DNA of 64,000 bases from Leidyana gryllorum EB-2025a (taxonomy: Eukaryota > Protista > Apicomplexa): contig JBLWGC010000208.1 in NCBI GenBank assembly GCA_048772705.1, positions 124,001 through 188,000 on the forward strand, given 5' to 3'. The notes below the pieces were generated by a model. The model was not told the origin of the DNA and ran no database searches. It saw nothing but the letters and a program-made list of their open reading frames with translations. A program made the translations under genes and the position numbers. Shown piece after piece: positions 29,801 through 40,793 of this stretch (position 1 is the first letter of the stretch; each line of letters begins with the position of its first letter).

Positions 29801-32447
29801 TGAGGGAACGGAGCCTACAGAAGCGCCCGTCTCGACAGAGAGTGTCTCCACGGAGTCCACGAGTGAAGTTTCTGAGGGAACGGAGCTCACAGAGGAGCCC
29901 GTCTCCACGGAAGACGACTCGACAGAGAGTGTCTCCACGGAGTCCACTAGTGATGTTTCTGAGGGAACGGAGCCCACAGAAGCGCCCGTGTCGACAGAGA
30001 GTGTCCCCACGGAGTCCACCAGCGAAGTTTCTGAGGGAACGGAGCCTACAGAAGCGCCCGTGTCGACAGAGAGTGTCTCCACGGAGTCCACACGTGAAGT
30101 TTCCGAGGGAACGGAGCCTACAGAAGCGCCCGTCTCGACAGAGAGTGTCTCCACGGAGTCCACCAGCGAAGTTTCTGAGGGAACGGAGCCTACAGAAGCG
30201 CCCGTGTCGACAGAGAGTGTCTCCACGGAGTCCACCAGCGAAGTTTCTGAGGGAACGGAGCCCACAGAAGAGCCCGTCTCCACGGAAGACGACTCGACAG
30301 AGAATGTCTCCACGGAGTCCACTAGTGAAGTTTCTGAGGGAACGGAGCCCACAGAAGCGCCCGTCTCGACAGAGAGTGTCCCCACGGAGTCCACCAGCGA
30401 AGTTTCTGAGGGAACGGAGCCCACAGAAGCGCCCGTGTCGACAGAGAGTGTCTCCACGGAGTCCACCAGCGAAGTTTCTGAGGGAACGGAGCCTACAGAA
30501 GCGCCCGTCTCGACAGAGAGTGTCTCCACGGAGTCCACGAGTGAAGTTTCTGAGGGAACGGAGCCCACAGAAGAGCCCGTCTCCACGGAAGACGACTCGA
30601 CAGAGAATGTCTCCACGGAGTCCACTAGTGAAGTTTCTGAGGGAACGGAGCCCACAGAAGCGCCCGTCTCGACAGAGAGTGTCCCCACGGAGTCCACCAG
30701 CGAAGTTTCTGAGGGAACGGAGCCCACAGAAGCGCCCGTCTCGACAGAGAGTGTCTCCTCGGAGTCCACGAGCGAAGTGTCCGGGGAAACTGAGCCCACT
30801 GAGGCACCCGTCTCCACTGACGGCACTTCCACCGAGAGTGTCCCCACGGAGTCCACCAGCGAAGTTTCTGAGAGAACGGAGCCCACAGAAGCGCCCGTCT
30901 CGACGAATGACGACTCGACAGAGAGTGTCTCCATGGAGTCTTCAAGGGAGGTGAGCACGGGCTCGACCGTGTCTGCCGAGACTGAAGAGCCTGGGACAAC
31001 CGACTTCGAGCTCACAGAGGAGCCTAAGACAACCGACTCCCAGTCCAGTGAGGGGCTTGGCACAACTGATCCTGAGCCAACCGAAGAGCCTGGGACAACT
31101 GACTCCGAGCCGACCGAGGAGCCTGGCACAACCGACTCCGAGCCGACCGAGGAGCCTGGCACAACTGACTCCGAGCCGACCGAGGAGCCTGGCACAACCG
31201 ACTCCGAGCCGACCGAGGAGCTTGGGACAACCGACTCCGAGCCGACCGAGGAGCTTGGGACAACCGACTCCGAGCCGACCGAGGAGCCTGGGACAACCAA
31301 CTCCGAGCCCACAGAGGAGCCCGGAACAACCGATTCCGAGCCTACAGAGGAGCCTGGGACGACCGACTCCGAGCCCACAGAGGAGCCTGGCATAACTAAC
31401 TCTGAGCCCACAGAGGAGCCCAGAACGACCGATTCCGAGCCCACAGAGGAGCCTGGGACGACCGACTCCGAGCCCACAGAGGAGCCCGGAACGACCGATC
31501 CCGAGCCCACGGTGGAGCCTGAGCCCACAGAAGAGCCTGGCACAACTGATCCCGAACCCACGGTGGAGCCTGAGCCCACAGAGGAGCCCGGAACGACGGA
31601 TCCCGAGCCCACAGAGGAGCCTGGCACAACTGATCCCGAGCCCACGGTGGAGCCTGAGCCCACAGAGGAGCCCGGAACGACCGATCCTGAGCCCACAGAG
31701 GAGCCTGGAACGACCGACTCCGAGCCCACACAGGAGCCTGGAACGACCAATCCCGAGCCTACGGTGGAGCCTGGCACGACGGATCCGCAGCCCACAGAGG
31801 AGCCTGGCACTGGCACGACTGATGAGCCTCGGCCGACTGACGAGCCCGAGCCTGAGCCCGGCACTGGCACGACCGATGCCTCAGAATCGACGGAAGACCA
31901 GAGGACGGACACAGGGGCTCCAGACCCGAGCACTACAACCCATACTGAACCTTCAATGACGAGCGAGCCCATGGAGTCGTCCAACACGGCGGCTGTTGCG
32001 GATGACGACGACGACGGGGTGGGAGCTGGAGTTATCGTGGGAGCAGTGCTGGGGACGGTGGTGCTTGCGGGACTGATTGGCGCCGTCCTGTGGCCCGGTA
32101 CTGACGACACCGGTGGAACTAAGCCACCTACCGACGATGGAAGCAGCAGCAGCAGAAGCAGCAGAAGCAGCAGTGGAAGCAGTGGAAGCAGCAGTGACGG
32201 CAAACCGGTTTTCACATCAGGGGAAACAGTTACTTTGACCACCCCTGATCCCTATTCCGTCCCTCCGACAGGCGGAGAAGTGGTTGATTACGGAAGCGCA
32301 GTGCCTGAAACAACTTTCCAGCCCGCAGAATGGTCTAGTCCCACAATGGACGCACATGTGGCGATGGCAGAATCACCGTTCAATGCCGGGTCACCTGTGG
32401 CAGCTCCAGAACCACGAGCTGAGGTGGCATTTGAACTTGTTCCTTAA
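26899..32447 (+). CDS. Large mucin-like Ser/Thr/Glu-rich type I membrane (surface) protein, about 1800 aa
   Basis: ORFs 26899.., 27216.. and 29382.. join through introns 27197-27240, 28804-28845, 28900-28938 and 29068-29106; TM segment GVIVGAVLGTVVLAGLIGAVLW; acidic tail ending AEVAFELVP. The 5' end and signal peptide are uncertain. Confidence 0.8.
28213..28770 (+). repeat. 12-bp (TSTE-type) tandem repeats with a 180-bp higher-order duplication
   Basis: Repeated ACCGAGACATCC-like units; the block ETSTETPTVASSE...ETSSETST occurs twice. Confidence 0.9.
28874..29206 (+). repeat. 168-bp tandem duplication containing an intron
   Basis: AACAGAGGACGTCAGCACCGACGAAG|GTGAG...GAACAG at 28874 and 29042. 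Confidence 0.9.
29316..30940 (+). repeat. 75-bp coding tandem array (25 aa STESVSTESTSEVSEGTEPTEAPV) with 90-bp EDDST variants
   Basis: About 20 near-identical units visible directly. Confidence 0.95.
30984..31870 (+). repeat. 36-bp coding tandem array (12 aa EPTEEPGTTDSE-type) with 18-bp insertion variants
   Basis: Directly visible units. Confidence 0.95.
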
Positions 32448-32663
32448 ATTTGAATTGTCACTAACTCAAAGGGGTGCTGTTCACCTCGGTCTTTCCAGCT
32501 GATTGTTAAGCATACAACCCGTCTGCAAGTTTCCCGAGGAGTTCCCTCACGCAGGCCTGCGCCATGAGGAGGTGCCTCACCAGGTCACACATACAAAGAG
32601 TAGACGGCAGCTCAGCCATATCAGGGGTATTGTTGGGAGGCTGCCTGTGTTGTACATACATTA

Positions 32664-35427
32664 TTATTCACTATCAACATGTATTGGTGATTTGAAGCGG
32701 TGTTGTGCCACAGCTTCCTTTAAGGCCAGCATATGCCCAAGACGAATATTCAGCATTGAGATATTTTCCTGTATATAGTCCCAATGGTTGATGAGATCCA
32801 TACCACGGAGCGCTTGGGCACGTAGTGCTCGCCTCACATCGAAGATTTCGGCTTCTGACAACCGTCTCATGGCCCGAGTCTCGAACAACGCTTCTAAGAT
32901 CTCGTCGTTCTCTTGGGGCTGCGGGGGCTGCACAACAGGTTTCTCCTGCTGTAATGGACATTTCAGGTTGGCTGCTACGGACGCAGCGGCCGTGAAGTGC
33001 GTTCGACTTGGTGGGGTTTGGGGTAGATGGGCCACGAAGCTGGGTGTGATCTCTCGCAGGTTGTGTATGTCAGTGTACTTCTGTTGGGTGGTGGAGGGGC
33101 CAACATGATTACTCCTGGGTTCCTCCTCTGACCTTCGCGGCTCCGGCATAGTCAAACGCCCACGGATCTCCCTTACTTGGACTTGTTTTCGTGAGTCTTG
33201 ATTGTGCTTGTCGGAAAACCCATGAGGAGCAGCACCCGCGGGCACCTCATCCGAAGACGACGAGTCAGGTGAGTTGCCTTGAGTGATAGGAGACTCTGCT
33301 CCAACGATGGACGGGGGTCGTCCTTCGGGAGATAGGGTAGACTTGACGACGGGACCAGCGGCTGAGTGACTAGAGGCGGCCAAAGAGCCTCGAGAGTAAC
33401 TTCCTTCATAGGACTTGGCCGACGAGGCTGGACGTGCTGGACGGACAGCCGATGGATCCTTTCCCAAACTGTGGTAGCTTTGCGACTCCTCGCTCAGCGA
33501 CAGTCGACCACCGCGGGTCTGCGGCCTCTGGACAGGGGCTGCTGACGATGGCTCGGACGGATCCTGGAATTGTCCGAAACGATCTGCTGCTGCAATGCCA
33601 CTGGCGAATTCCGACGGCTTGAGGCCAGAAATGCTGGAGGAGGCTACTGGAGAGGATTCCTGATACATTTGACTCATCGACCTTTCCGATTCAGAGTCAA
33701 CATGAATGCTCCGAACCACGCCGTTTCCGTCCATCAACCCATCTCTGCTCCTGTCTTCAATCGTAACAGCCCGGGAGCTCAGCGGCGATCCCTCCCGCTC
33801 AAGTGTGAGGTCGGGTGCTTGTGCCGAAGGTGCTTGAGAACGACCAGAGATACTGGACCGGGCACTGAGAGTACGGCAAGGGCTTTCGCTTCTGTTCGTT
33901 TTACGGGTTCCTCTGCTGATACTTCCGAAATCCCTGTCTGATTTGCCATCGGAATCGGAGTCAGAGTCAGGAACACTTTCAGGCATGTCGATTCGGGACG
34001 GACGCGGTTCTCGAGCCCCGACTTCGTCACTCTCGTCCCCGGAGCTCTTGTTGGGGCTTGGACTTCTAGCCCCTTGACGACTATCAGCTCCATTTTGTGC
34101 ATCAGCCTGTGCGGACCGCCGTTGCTCGTCTTTGACTCTCTTGGCTGCCACTTTTTGTTCTCGGGCCTCTTCTTTGGCCAGAATGTCCGCCTCTGCAGCG
34201 TCGTCCTCGTAGGCTATCAGACGATACTTAATGTACCAATCGGCCTCGTCTTGGACCCCGGACTGATAGAATATCCTGTTACCTTGGTAAGGGCCCTCTG
34301 TACAGGGATGTACGACGATGTTGACATTGAGGAGTTCAACGTTGGGCTCCGGTTCTTTTCGGTCGTCGGACGCTTGTAGGAGGGTTTTCTGCAGGTCAGG
34401 ACGGGGAGTCTGTCGGGTAGGAAGGGATATGCGCAACTTACGAAAGCCTCGAAATAGAAGTGCGCATCAGACATGCCGTGCGTCATTCTATCGCGCAGTA
34501 CATCGAGGTGACACTCATTCAGGCAGCTCGCCACTCTCAACAAAGCTATAGCACTTGTCCGAGTTTGAAACGAACACGACACCAGTCGCTTCAGAGAGGT
34601 GTAGGCCGCCGAATAATCTCGAACTGCGGGAGTCCATTCTCGACTTCTGGCGCGCTCTCCTCCCGTTGGCTCAAAATGGAGGACCGACTCCTTGTTGGGT
34701 ACGAGAAATCGCAGCAAATGGTTTTCAATCCGCTTTTCCTCAACCTCTTCGGCCTCCATGAATGCTGCAGCAATGACGAATGGTCTGAATGAGATGCAGA
34801 GATTACTGTGGACTAACCTTCAAAGGAGTCCGCACTGAGTAATTTGTGGTAAATGGTCGACGTTGGATCTTCCAGTTCGTCTTCGCTTGTGGGACAGAAA
34901 TACGTATTCAAGAGAGTGCGGAGAAAGAGCTCGTTGGCCCTTCTGTCCCTTTCGCTGTCGCTTATGGGATATTGAAGGAGATAGGGATCATCGAGAAAAG
35001 CCGACCGGATATAGTGGTAATCTTCGAGTACGCCCCCCACTTCGCCATGAGGATCGGAGCCTGACCCCCAGATTCCCAACCCGCGCAGCTTAATCGGCAT
35101 ATCCCAACATATGTTAAACAGCGGGCGGTCATGAAACCCGGCGACACTTCTTGGGAAGGAGCTCGGACTCGTCCAACCATAGTGTTGTGCATGTATTGCC
35201 AGCGCGTATTCTTGAGTGAAGTTGGTGAGGCGCGCGAAACCCGATAAATGACGCAAGGCTCGCAGCGCAGGCGTCGCTTCAAATCTTGTAGTTTCCGTTC
35301 TCAGAGCGAAGCTATCATCGTATCCAGCCAGAGCGGCCACAACTTCTAATATACGTCTGCCTTCTGTACCGAGCTTGCGGGGATTCTCTAATAAGTCCAA
35401 TGTGTTTTCCACATGTTCAAGCGCCAT
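32664..35427 (-). CDS. Hypothetical multi-exon protein with a long Ser-rich disordered C-terminal half
   Basis: Consecutive - strand ORFs 34813..35427, 34217..34759 and 32664..34436 separated by intron-sized gaps. Confidence 0.6.
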
Positions 35428-35431
35428 CCAC

Positions 35432-36802
35432 TCAGGTCGAAAAAACGGGGTCGCATAGCATGAAATGGAGGAGAATCAAAGTTACATTAGTCTGCACCAT
35501 TTGGCCTCCCACAGCTGCCGAAACGACCTTTTTACATACATTCTTCAGCTGAAACGTTGACGGAACTGCGTTTGGTACTGATAACCGTCTGCCCTCCTGA
35601 TCAACAAGATAACATAACATGTTTGACCTCATCTGATCGTTCTTACCTTGTCGAGCGCTTCATAAACGCGCTTTATAGCATCCTCAGGTTGACAAAGGAT
35701 TAAAAAGGACTCGGTCGCGAGCAAGATGAAATGATCCTGCAATCATGAGTGCGCGTTCGACAGGACACTTTATGACTCACATGAATGGCTTCAAACTTGA
35801 ACTTTGAGAATGTTGGGGCGCAAATGACCCCAAACCGTTTCAATGCAATGTCGCCAAAGCTTCGAGTTACTCCCAATTGGCCATTCACTTTACCGTTGAT
35901 CACCTATTAGGTTCAAGCACACATGTGCGAGGATGAGTAAGAGAAGATGACACTCACTGTGCCTCCAGCTTTTGTTATTCTTTCGCGCTCTTCCAGCACT
36001 ATCAACTTGTGGACGTGACATAAGGGAATGGCTGCGAGGGAGTGTGTCACAAAGTGAAGCTCTTACCATGTAGCTCCGGCATTGTCCCCTCCACATCCTT
36101 TGCCGTCTCCTGCAGATTGTCCACGTTTCCGATGCGACAAAGGTAGGCTTGGGCGTCCCCGAGGTTAGCCGTATAGATGCACGAATGGTACAGGCATCGA
36201 GGAGCTCCTGCCAATCCTTCCACAGTAGAGACGGCAGGCAATATGATGAGCCTGGGTGTGAGTATCATCAACGCTCCGCATCCATCACGAGTTGCAGGCG
36301 CTTCAATAAGCAGTTTCGAGTCCAAGCGTTCACAGGTGGTGTCAATGACCAGTCGCACCAGACTGTCGGTTATTAGTTCGTCTGCTTGTTGAGGCACTGG
36401 CTTGGAAGCCCATTTGGCAGCGATCGATTTCTCAACGGCGGTTATCTGCAACTGTATCTCTGTCTCCAAGCCCTTGGCGATCCACGCAGCAGTGCTTTTC
36501 CCATTGTGGCTTGTGAGTATTGCATAGAGGGAAAGATCAATATATGCGCTGGAGCCGTCTGCGAACTTGATGTTGGCCTCTTGTGGAGCGCTCTTGACCA
36601 CGGATGGGCTCAAAACTACCTTGTTCTCGAGGGATCCCTTCAAGCCTTGGTCCTCAGCATAGTTTGAAACAATACGTACTTGACTCCCTATGCCACTCTC
36701 AATACCATCACTACAGCCTCCCGAAGCTCCTTTACAGGTGAGTCCCAAGCGCCAGCCCCCTTGACGCTCATAGACCCATTGAGCGTCTCCGCTACTTGTC
36801 AT
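35432..36802 (-). CDS. PP2C/PPM-family protein, probable pseudophosphatase (multi-exon)
   Basis: PP2C scaffold motifs IYTANLGDAQAYL, VNGQLGVTRSFGD, DHFILLA and NVTLILL; most metal-binding Asp positions are substituted (see findings). Confidence 0.8.
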
Positions 36803-36829
36803 CTTTTTTGTGCTATTATTCACAGCCTC

Positions 36830-37459
36830 ATGAAGTTTAACTCACTCCCTCTTCTCCTCTCCGCGGTTCAGGCCTGCCACAACTGCCCTGCCGGAATCGA
36901 ACAGTACCTACATGACTCTCTGACGTGTGTGTGTCGCGAGACTCTGGTGACCAGTGCTACCCATCCTCTGCCATCTGGTTTGAATGTATGTGGAACTCAG
37001 TATTGCGAGGCCGCCTGGAAGTCTCCGGAGCTGTTCGGGTGCTCCGAGAAAGCTGTACGTGTGATCGGCGGTCTCGAAATGTGCATCGTCGCGGCTATAC
37101 CTTTCTGTGAGCTGAAGACTGTGTCGCTACTGGATCAACAAGCGGTTGCGGACTTCTTCAACAAGACTGCTCGGTGTTGGTTGCCCTCGCGGAACGACAT
37201 ATCGACGCCGGAGCCCTCTACTTCTGACCACACGGAGTCCTCTTTGATGCCAAAGACGATGCCGGTCGTGTCCTTGGAGAGTGAAGTGGTCCCTGTTCTC
37301 ACGGGAGAGCTCGAGAAGAATGTCAATGAGGTGAATATCGCGCAAGTGATGAAAGAAATGGATAAAAAGTACAAGGGACGCCAGCGACCCTTCCCTGTCC
37401 GGCGTGTGGACATTGAAACGGGGTTCGCTCCCTCTCTCCCCAAAGTTGTTGTTATTTGA
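36830..37459 (+). CDS. Cys-rich putatively secreted protein
   Basis: MKFNSLPLLLSAVQA signal-like start followed by about 10 Cys. Confidence 0.6.
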   Translation: MKFNSLPLLLSAVQACHNCPAGIEQYLHDSLTCVCRETLVTSATHPLPSGLNVCGTQYCEAAWKSPELFGCSEKAVRVIGGLEMCIVAAIPFCELKTVSLLDQQAVADFFNKTARCWLPSRNDISTPEPSTSDHTESSLMPKTMPVVSLESEVVPVLTGELEKNVNEVNIAQVMKEMDKKYKGRQRPFPVRRVDIETGFAPSLPKVVVI

Positions 37460-37737
37460 AGTGAAAGATTAGGTGGCGCAGTCTATGGATTGGAGCCAGG
37501 TAGTAGTTTGAAAGGACTCATTTATAGTGAATGTATACAGTGCAGAGAAAGACTTGAAGAGGGATCGCTATTGCGTGCACAAATCACCAGCCGTGTCCCG
37601 AGACACGAGATTTGGGATTCTAGACGCACACGAGCACCCCACCACTGAGGTCGGATAAAAAATCATCTCACTCATTTGTTTACCACTTCAACACTTCTTC
37701 GGTTGAACTCCCTACGAGCACATTTTTTTGTTCGAAG

Positions 37738-40011
37738 ATGAAGATCAGCGATGGCAACTGGCTTATGCAGCAGGGCCTCAACATGCTGTACCCTCTGGAG
37801 GTATATGATGTACAACTTTGCGATCACGGTGTGACCATTTATGCTGCGCCACACACCAAATGTGACCAACGCGACTCGTCGGTCGACAGCCCCCTTTTTA
37901 AGATTGAGCTGTCGGCCCCTCAAGAGGGCATCATAGGCGTTCGCTACGTACATCATGAGGGAGCTTATCATCGCGGTCCCGATTTCCAGATCATCAAGGA
38001 TAACATCAAGACCTTCAAAGTTGTCAACAACAACGAGAAGGTTGTCTTCACCACTGGAGATTTGTCTGTGGAGTTCATGAAGGGCAAGGAATGGATGGTC
38101 AATTTTTATCAAGGAGGAAAACGTATCACCGGAAGCGAGCCCAAGAATGCTGGACACATCACCGATACTCGTGTACACCCCAAACAGACACACATGTTTG
38201 AGCGTCTGGATCTGGACGTGGGTGAATGTGTCTATGGTCTTGGAGAACGTTTTACCGCTTTCGTCAAGAACGGTCAATCTGTCGAGATCTGGAACCGCGA
38301 CGGCGGCACCAGCACTGAACAGGCTTACAAGAACATTCCTTTCTACCTTACCAACAAGGGCTATGGTGTATTCGTGAACCATCCCGAAGCCGTCGAATTT
38401 GAGGTTGGATCTGAAAAGGTCAGCAAAGTGCAATTCAGCGTCCCTTGCGAGCATCTCGAGTACTATGTTATTGGTGGACCCACCCCCAAGGACGTCCTGG
38501 GCCGTTACACTGCCCTCACAGGTCGCCCTGCTCTGCCCCCGGCCTGGACTTTCGGTCTCTGGCTCACCACCTCCTTCACCACCAACTACGACGAGGCAAC
38601 TGTCAGCAGCTTCATTGATGGCTTCGCGCAGCGCAGTATCCCACTCCACACCTTCCACTTTGACTGCTTCTGGATGAAGGGCTACGAGTGGTGCAATCTT
38701 GAGTGGGATCCCGAGACCTTCCCCGACCCCCCCGCCATGCTCAAGAGACTGAAGGACAAGGGCCTCCACATCTGCGTGTGGATCAACCCGTACATCGCCC
38801 AGAAGTCTCCGATGTTCAAGGAGGGAATGGAGAAAGGATATTTGCTCAAGAACCTCAACGGAGATGTCTGGCAGTGGGACAAGTGGCAGGCCGGATGCTC
38901 CATCGTCGACTTCACGAACCCCGATGCCGTTAAGTGGTACCAATCTAAACTTCGTGCACTCTGCGACATGGGAGTCGACTCTTTCAAGACCGATTTCGGT
39001 GAAAGAATTCCAGTCGATGTCAAGTACTTTGATGGATCGGATCCCAAGAAGATGCACAACTATTACAGTTACCTCTTCAACAAAGTCTGCTGGGAAGTGC
39101 TTCTGGATGCCCGTGGAGAGGGTGAGGCTTGCGTCTTTGCTCGCAGTGGCAGCGTTGGATCACAAACAATGCCCGTTCACTGGGGTGGAGACTGCTACGC
39201 CAACTACCCCAGTATGGCTGAGAGTCTCCGGGGTGGCTTGAGTATTGGATGTTCTGGCTTCGGTTTCTGGAGCCACGACATTGGTGGATTTGAGAACACC
39301 GCTCCCGCTCACGTGTACAAGCGCTGGTGCGCATTCGGTCTGTTGAGCTCCCACAGCCGTCTGCACGGATCCAAGTCTTATCGTGTCCCTTGGGTCTACG
39401 ATGAGGAGTCCTGTGACGTCGTGCGCCACTTTGTCCAATGGAAGTGCGCCATGATGCCCTATCTGTACCGTGCAGCCATCCAAGCTCACGAATCAGGTGT
39501 TCCCATGATGCGAGCTATGGTCTTGGACTATCCCAACGACCCCGTTTGCTCTAAGATCGACTTGCAGTATATGCTCGGCGACAATGTCATGGTTGCTCCA
39601 GTCTTCAGTGAGGAGGGCGATGTTGAGTATTACCTCCCCAGCCTCGTGGACGATGGGGAGGAGCCCAAGTGGACACACCTTTACGACAATTCCACTCGCA
39701 AAGGTGGTCGCTACTACAAGGAGAAATACGACTTTTTCTCTCTCCCCGTATTTGTTCGGCCCAATTCGGTGGTCCCCATTGGAACCAACCGCCAGGTTCC
39801 GGACTACGACTACTCCGACTCCGTGGAGTTCCATATTTACGAGCTTGCCGACGGTCGACAGGCATCTACGCCCATTTATAAGGCCGACGGAAAGCTGGCG
39901 GGTACTTACACGGTGGTGCGCAATGGAGAGTCTTATCAAGTCACTGTTGACGGTAACATCACCAACTACACGTCAATTGTGCATCAAGACGGTAATCAAA
40001 TGAAGCTCTGA
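37738..40011 (+). CDS. yicI: GH31 alpha-xylosidase, YicI type (intronless, bacterial-like)
   Basis: MKISDGNWL start, YGLGERFTAFVKNGQ, FHFDCFWMK, nucleophile motif GVDSFKTDFGERIP, acid/base HWGGDC, and WSHDIGGFENTAPAHVYKRWCAFGLLSSHSRLHGSKSYRVPW, close to E. coli YicI as recalled. Confidence 0.95.
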   Translation: MKISDGNWLMQQGLNMLYPLEVYDVQLCDHGVTIYAAPHTKCDQRDSSVDSPLFKIELSAPQEGIIGVRYVHHEGAYHRGPDFQIIKDNIKTFKVVNNNEKVVFTTGDLSVEFMKGKEWMVNFYQGGKRITGSEPKNAGHITDTRVHPKQTHMFERLDLDVGECVYGLGERFTAFVKNGQSVEIWNRDGGTSTEQAYKNIPFYLTNKGYGVFVNHPEAVEFEVGSEKVSKVQFSVPCEHLEYYVIGGPTPKDVLGRYTALTGRPALPPAWTFGLWLTTSFTTNYDEATVSSFIDGFAQRSIPLHTFHFDCFWMKGYEWCNLEWDPETFPDPPAMLKRLKDKGLHICVWINPYIAQKSPMFKEGMEKGYLLKNLNGDVWQWDKWQAGCSIVDFTNPDAVKWYQSKLRALCDMGVDSFKTDFGERIPVDVKYFDGSDPKKMHNYYSYLFNKVCWEVLLDARGEGEACVFARSGSVGSQTMPVHWGGDCYANYPSMAESLRGGLSIGCSGFGFWSHDIGGFENTAPAHVYKRWCAFGLLSSHSRLHGSKSYRVPWVYDEESCDVVRHFVQWKCAMMPYLYRAAIQAHESGVPMMRAMVLDYPNDPVCSKIDLQYMLGDNVMVAPVFSEEGDVEYYLPSLVDDGEEPKWTHLYDNSTRKGGRYYKEKYDFFSLPVFVRPNSVVPIGTNRQVPDYDYSDSVEFHIYELADGRQASTPIYKADGKLAGTYTVVRNGESYQVTVDGNITNYTSIVHQDGNQMKL

Positions 40012-40129
40012 GAAGGGCAATCAAATCAGAGGGTGTTCTTGTGAATATTACCCTCCTTCTTTTTTAGAATGACGTGTTTATAAACGTCCAGCAACAACCA
40101 ATATGAATGGGCGCCGGCGCCCATCTTCA

Positions 40130-40793
40130 CTTACCTTCGCTTCTCCATCTTCTCATAGGACATTCATCGCAGCTCTCCTCCTCACTTCAGAGGTTAATTG
40201 AATTGGTCTTCACTTTAGCCGAGATGAGGGGTATCAGGTCCACAGATCTACCGACTTCCCAACGCAGGAAAATGGAACTCAGACCAGTCAGCGAGAGCTC
40301 GCCTCATTCACCAGAAAGAGCTGAGTATCAATGACACTGCAGAGTGGGATTCTGCCAAGTGATGGCCCTCCGTTGGTCATATGATCGAGGTTCAACGTCG
40401 CCTATTGTCCAACTCGCGTTCATTGTATGGTCGCTGTGGATAAGCATTCGCTCAGCCTAACGCTGCAGCTACTTTCGTGCCGACATTCAGCCGCACCACA
40501 TATATCCCCTACAATCCCTTCTGTGTGGGCAGCCAAACCGTTGACGGGTTGGAGTGCTTTGAGAAGCTCAGACATTTGCATAGCCCTGTCCACTCAAGAG
40601 ACCACATCACGTGTCACTGGACATGTTTACCGAAGCGACACAACAGACCTGGAAGTGGGGTAGCCGACGCTTGGTACCAGCCGATAATGTCAAAGCTACT
40701 TTGAAGGCTGTATTATCGGGGCACTATGCCTTTGAGAATTCGCAGGTAGCCGCTGAAGCCAGGCTCAAAGAAGCTTCCGAACAACTCATATAA
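40130..40793 (+). pseudogene. Fragmentary copy A of an unknown gene family
   Basis: KPLTGWSAL and WGSRRLVPADNV..VLSGHYAF match copy B (GGWHKI; WGERRLTPED..VLGHFRF) and copy C (IAGWSTL; WDERRLTPAD..LAEHFRF); frameshifted. Confidence 0.7.

Noticed and set aside
29316-31870. CRISPR-like regular repeats
   Set aside because: Tandem coding repeats without unique spacers, in a eukaryotic context with no cas genes.
29276-32242. 988-aa antisense ORF (also 27896..29089 on - and 29230..30954 in an alternate frame)
   Set aside because: Shadow ORFs produced by stop-free tandem repeats of the mucin gene.
37672-39057. 461-aa ORF antisense to yicI
   Set aside because: Expected antisense shadow of a strongly codon-biased gene; no independent features.
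37738-40011. yicI as bacterial contamination
   Set aside because: No neighbouring bacterial operon genes (e.g. yicJ), host-like codon bias and contiguity with intron-bearing genes. Read-level confirmation is still needed.
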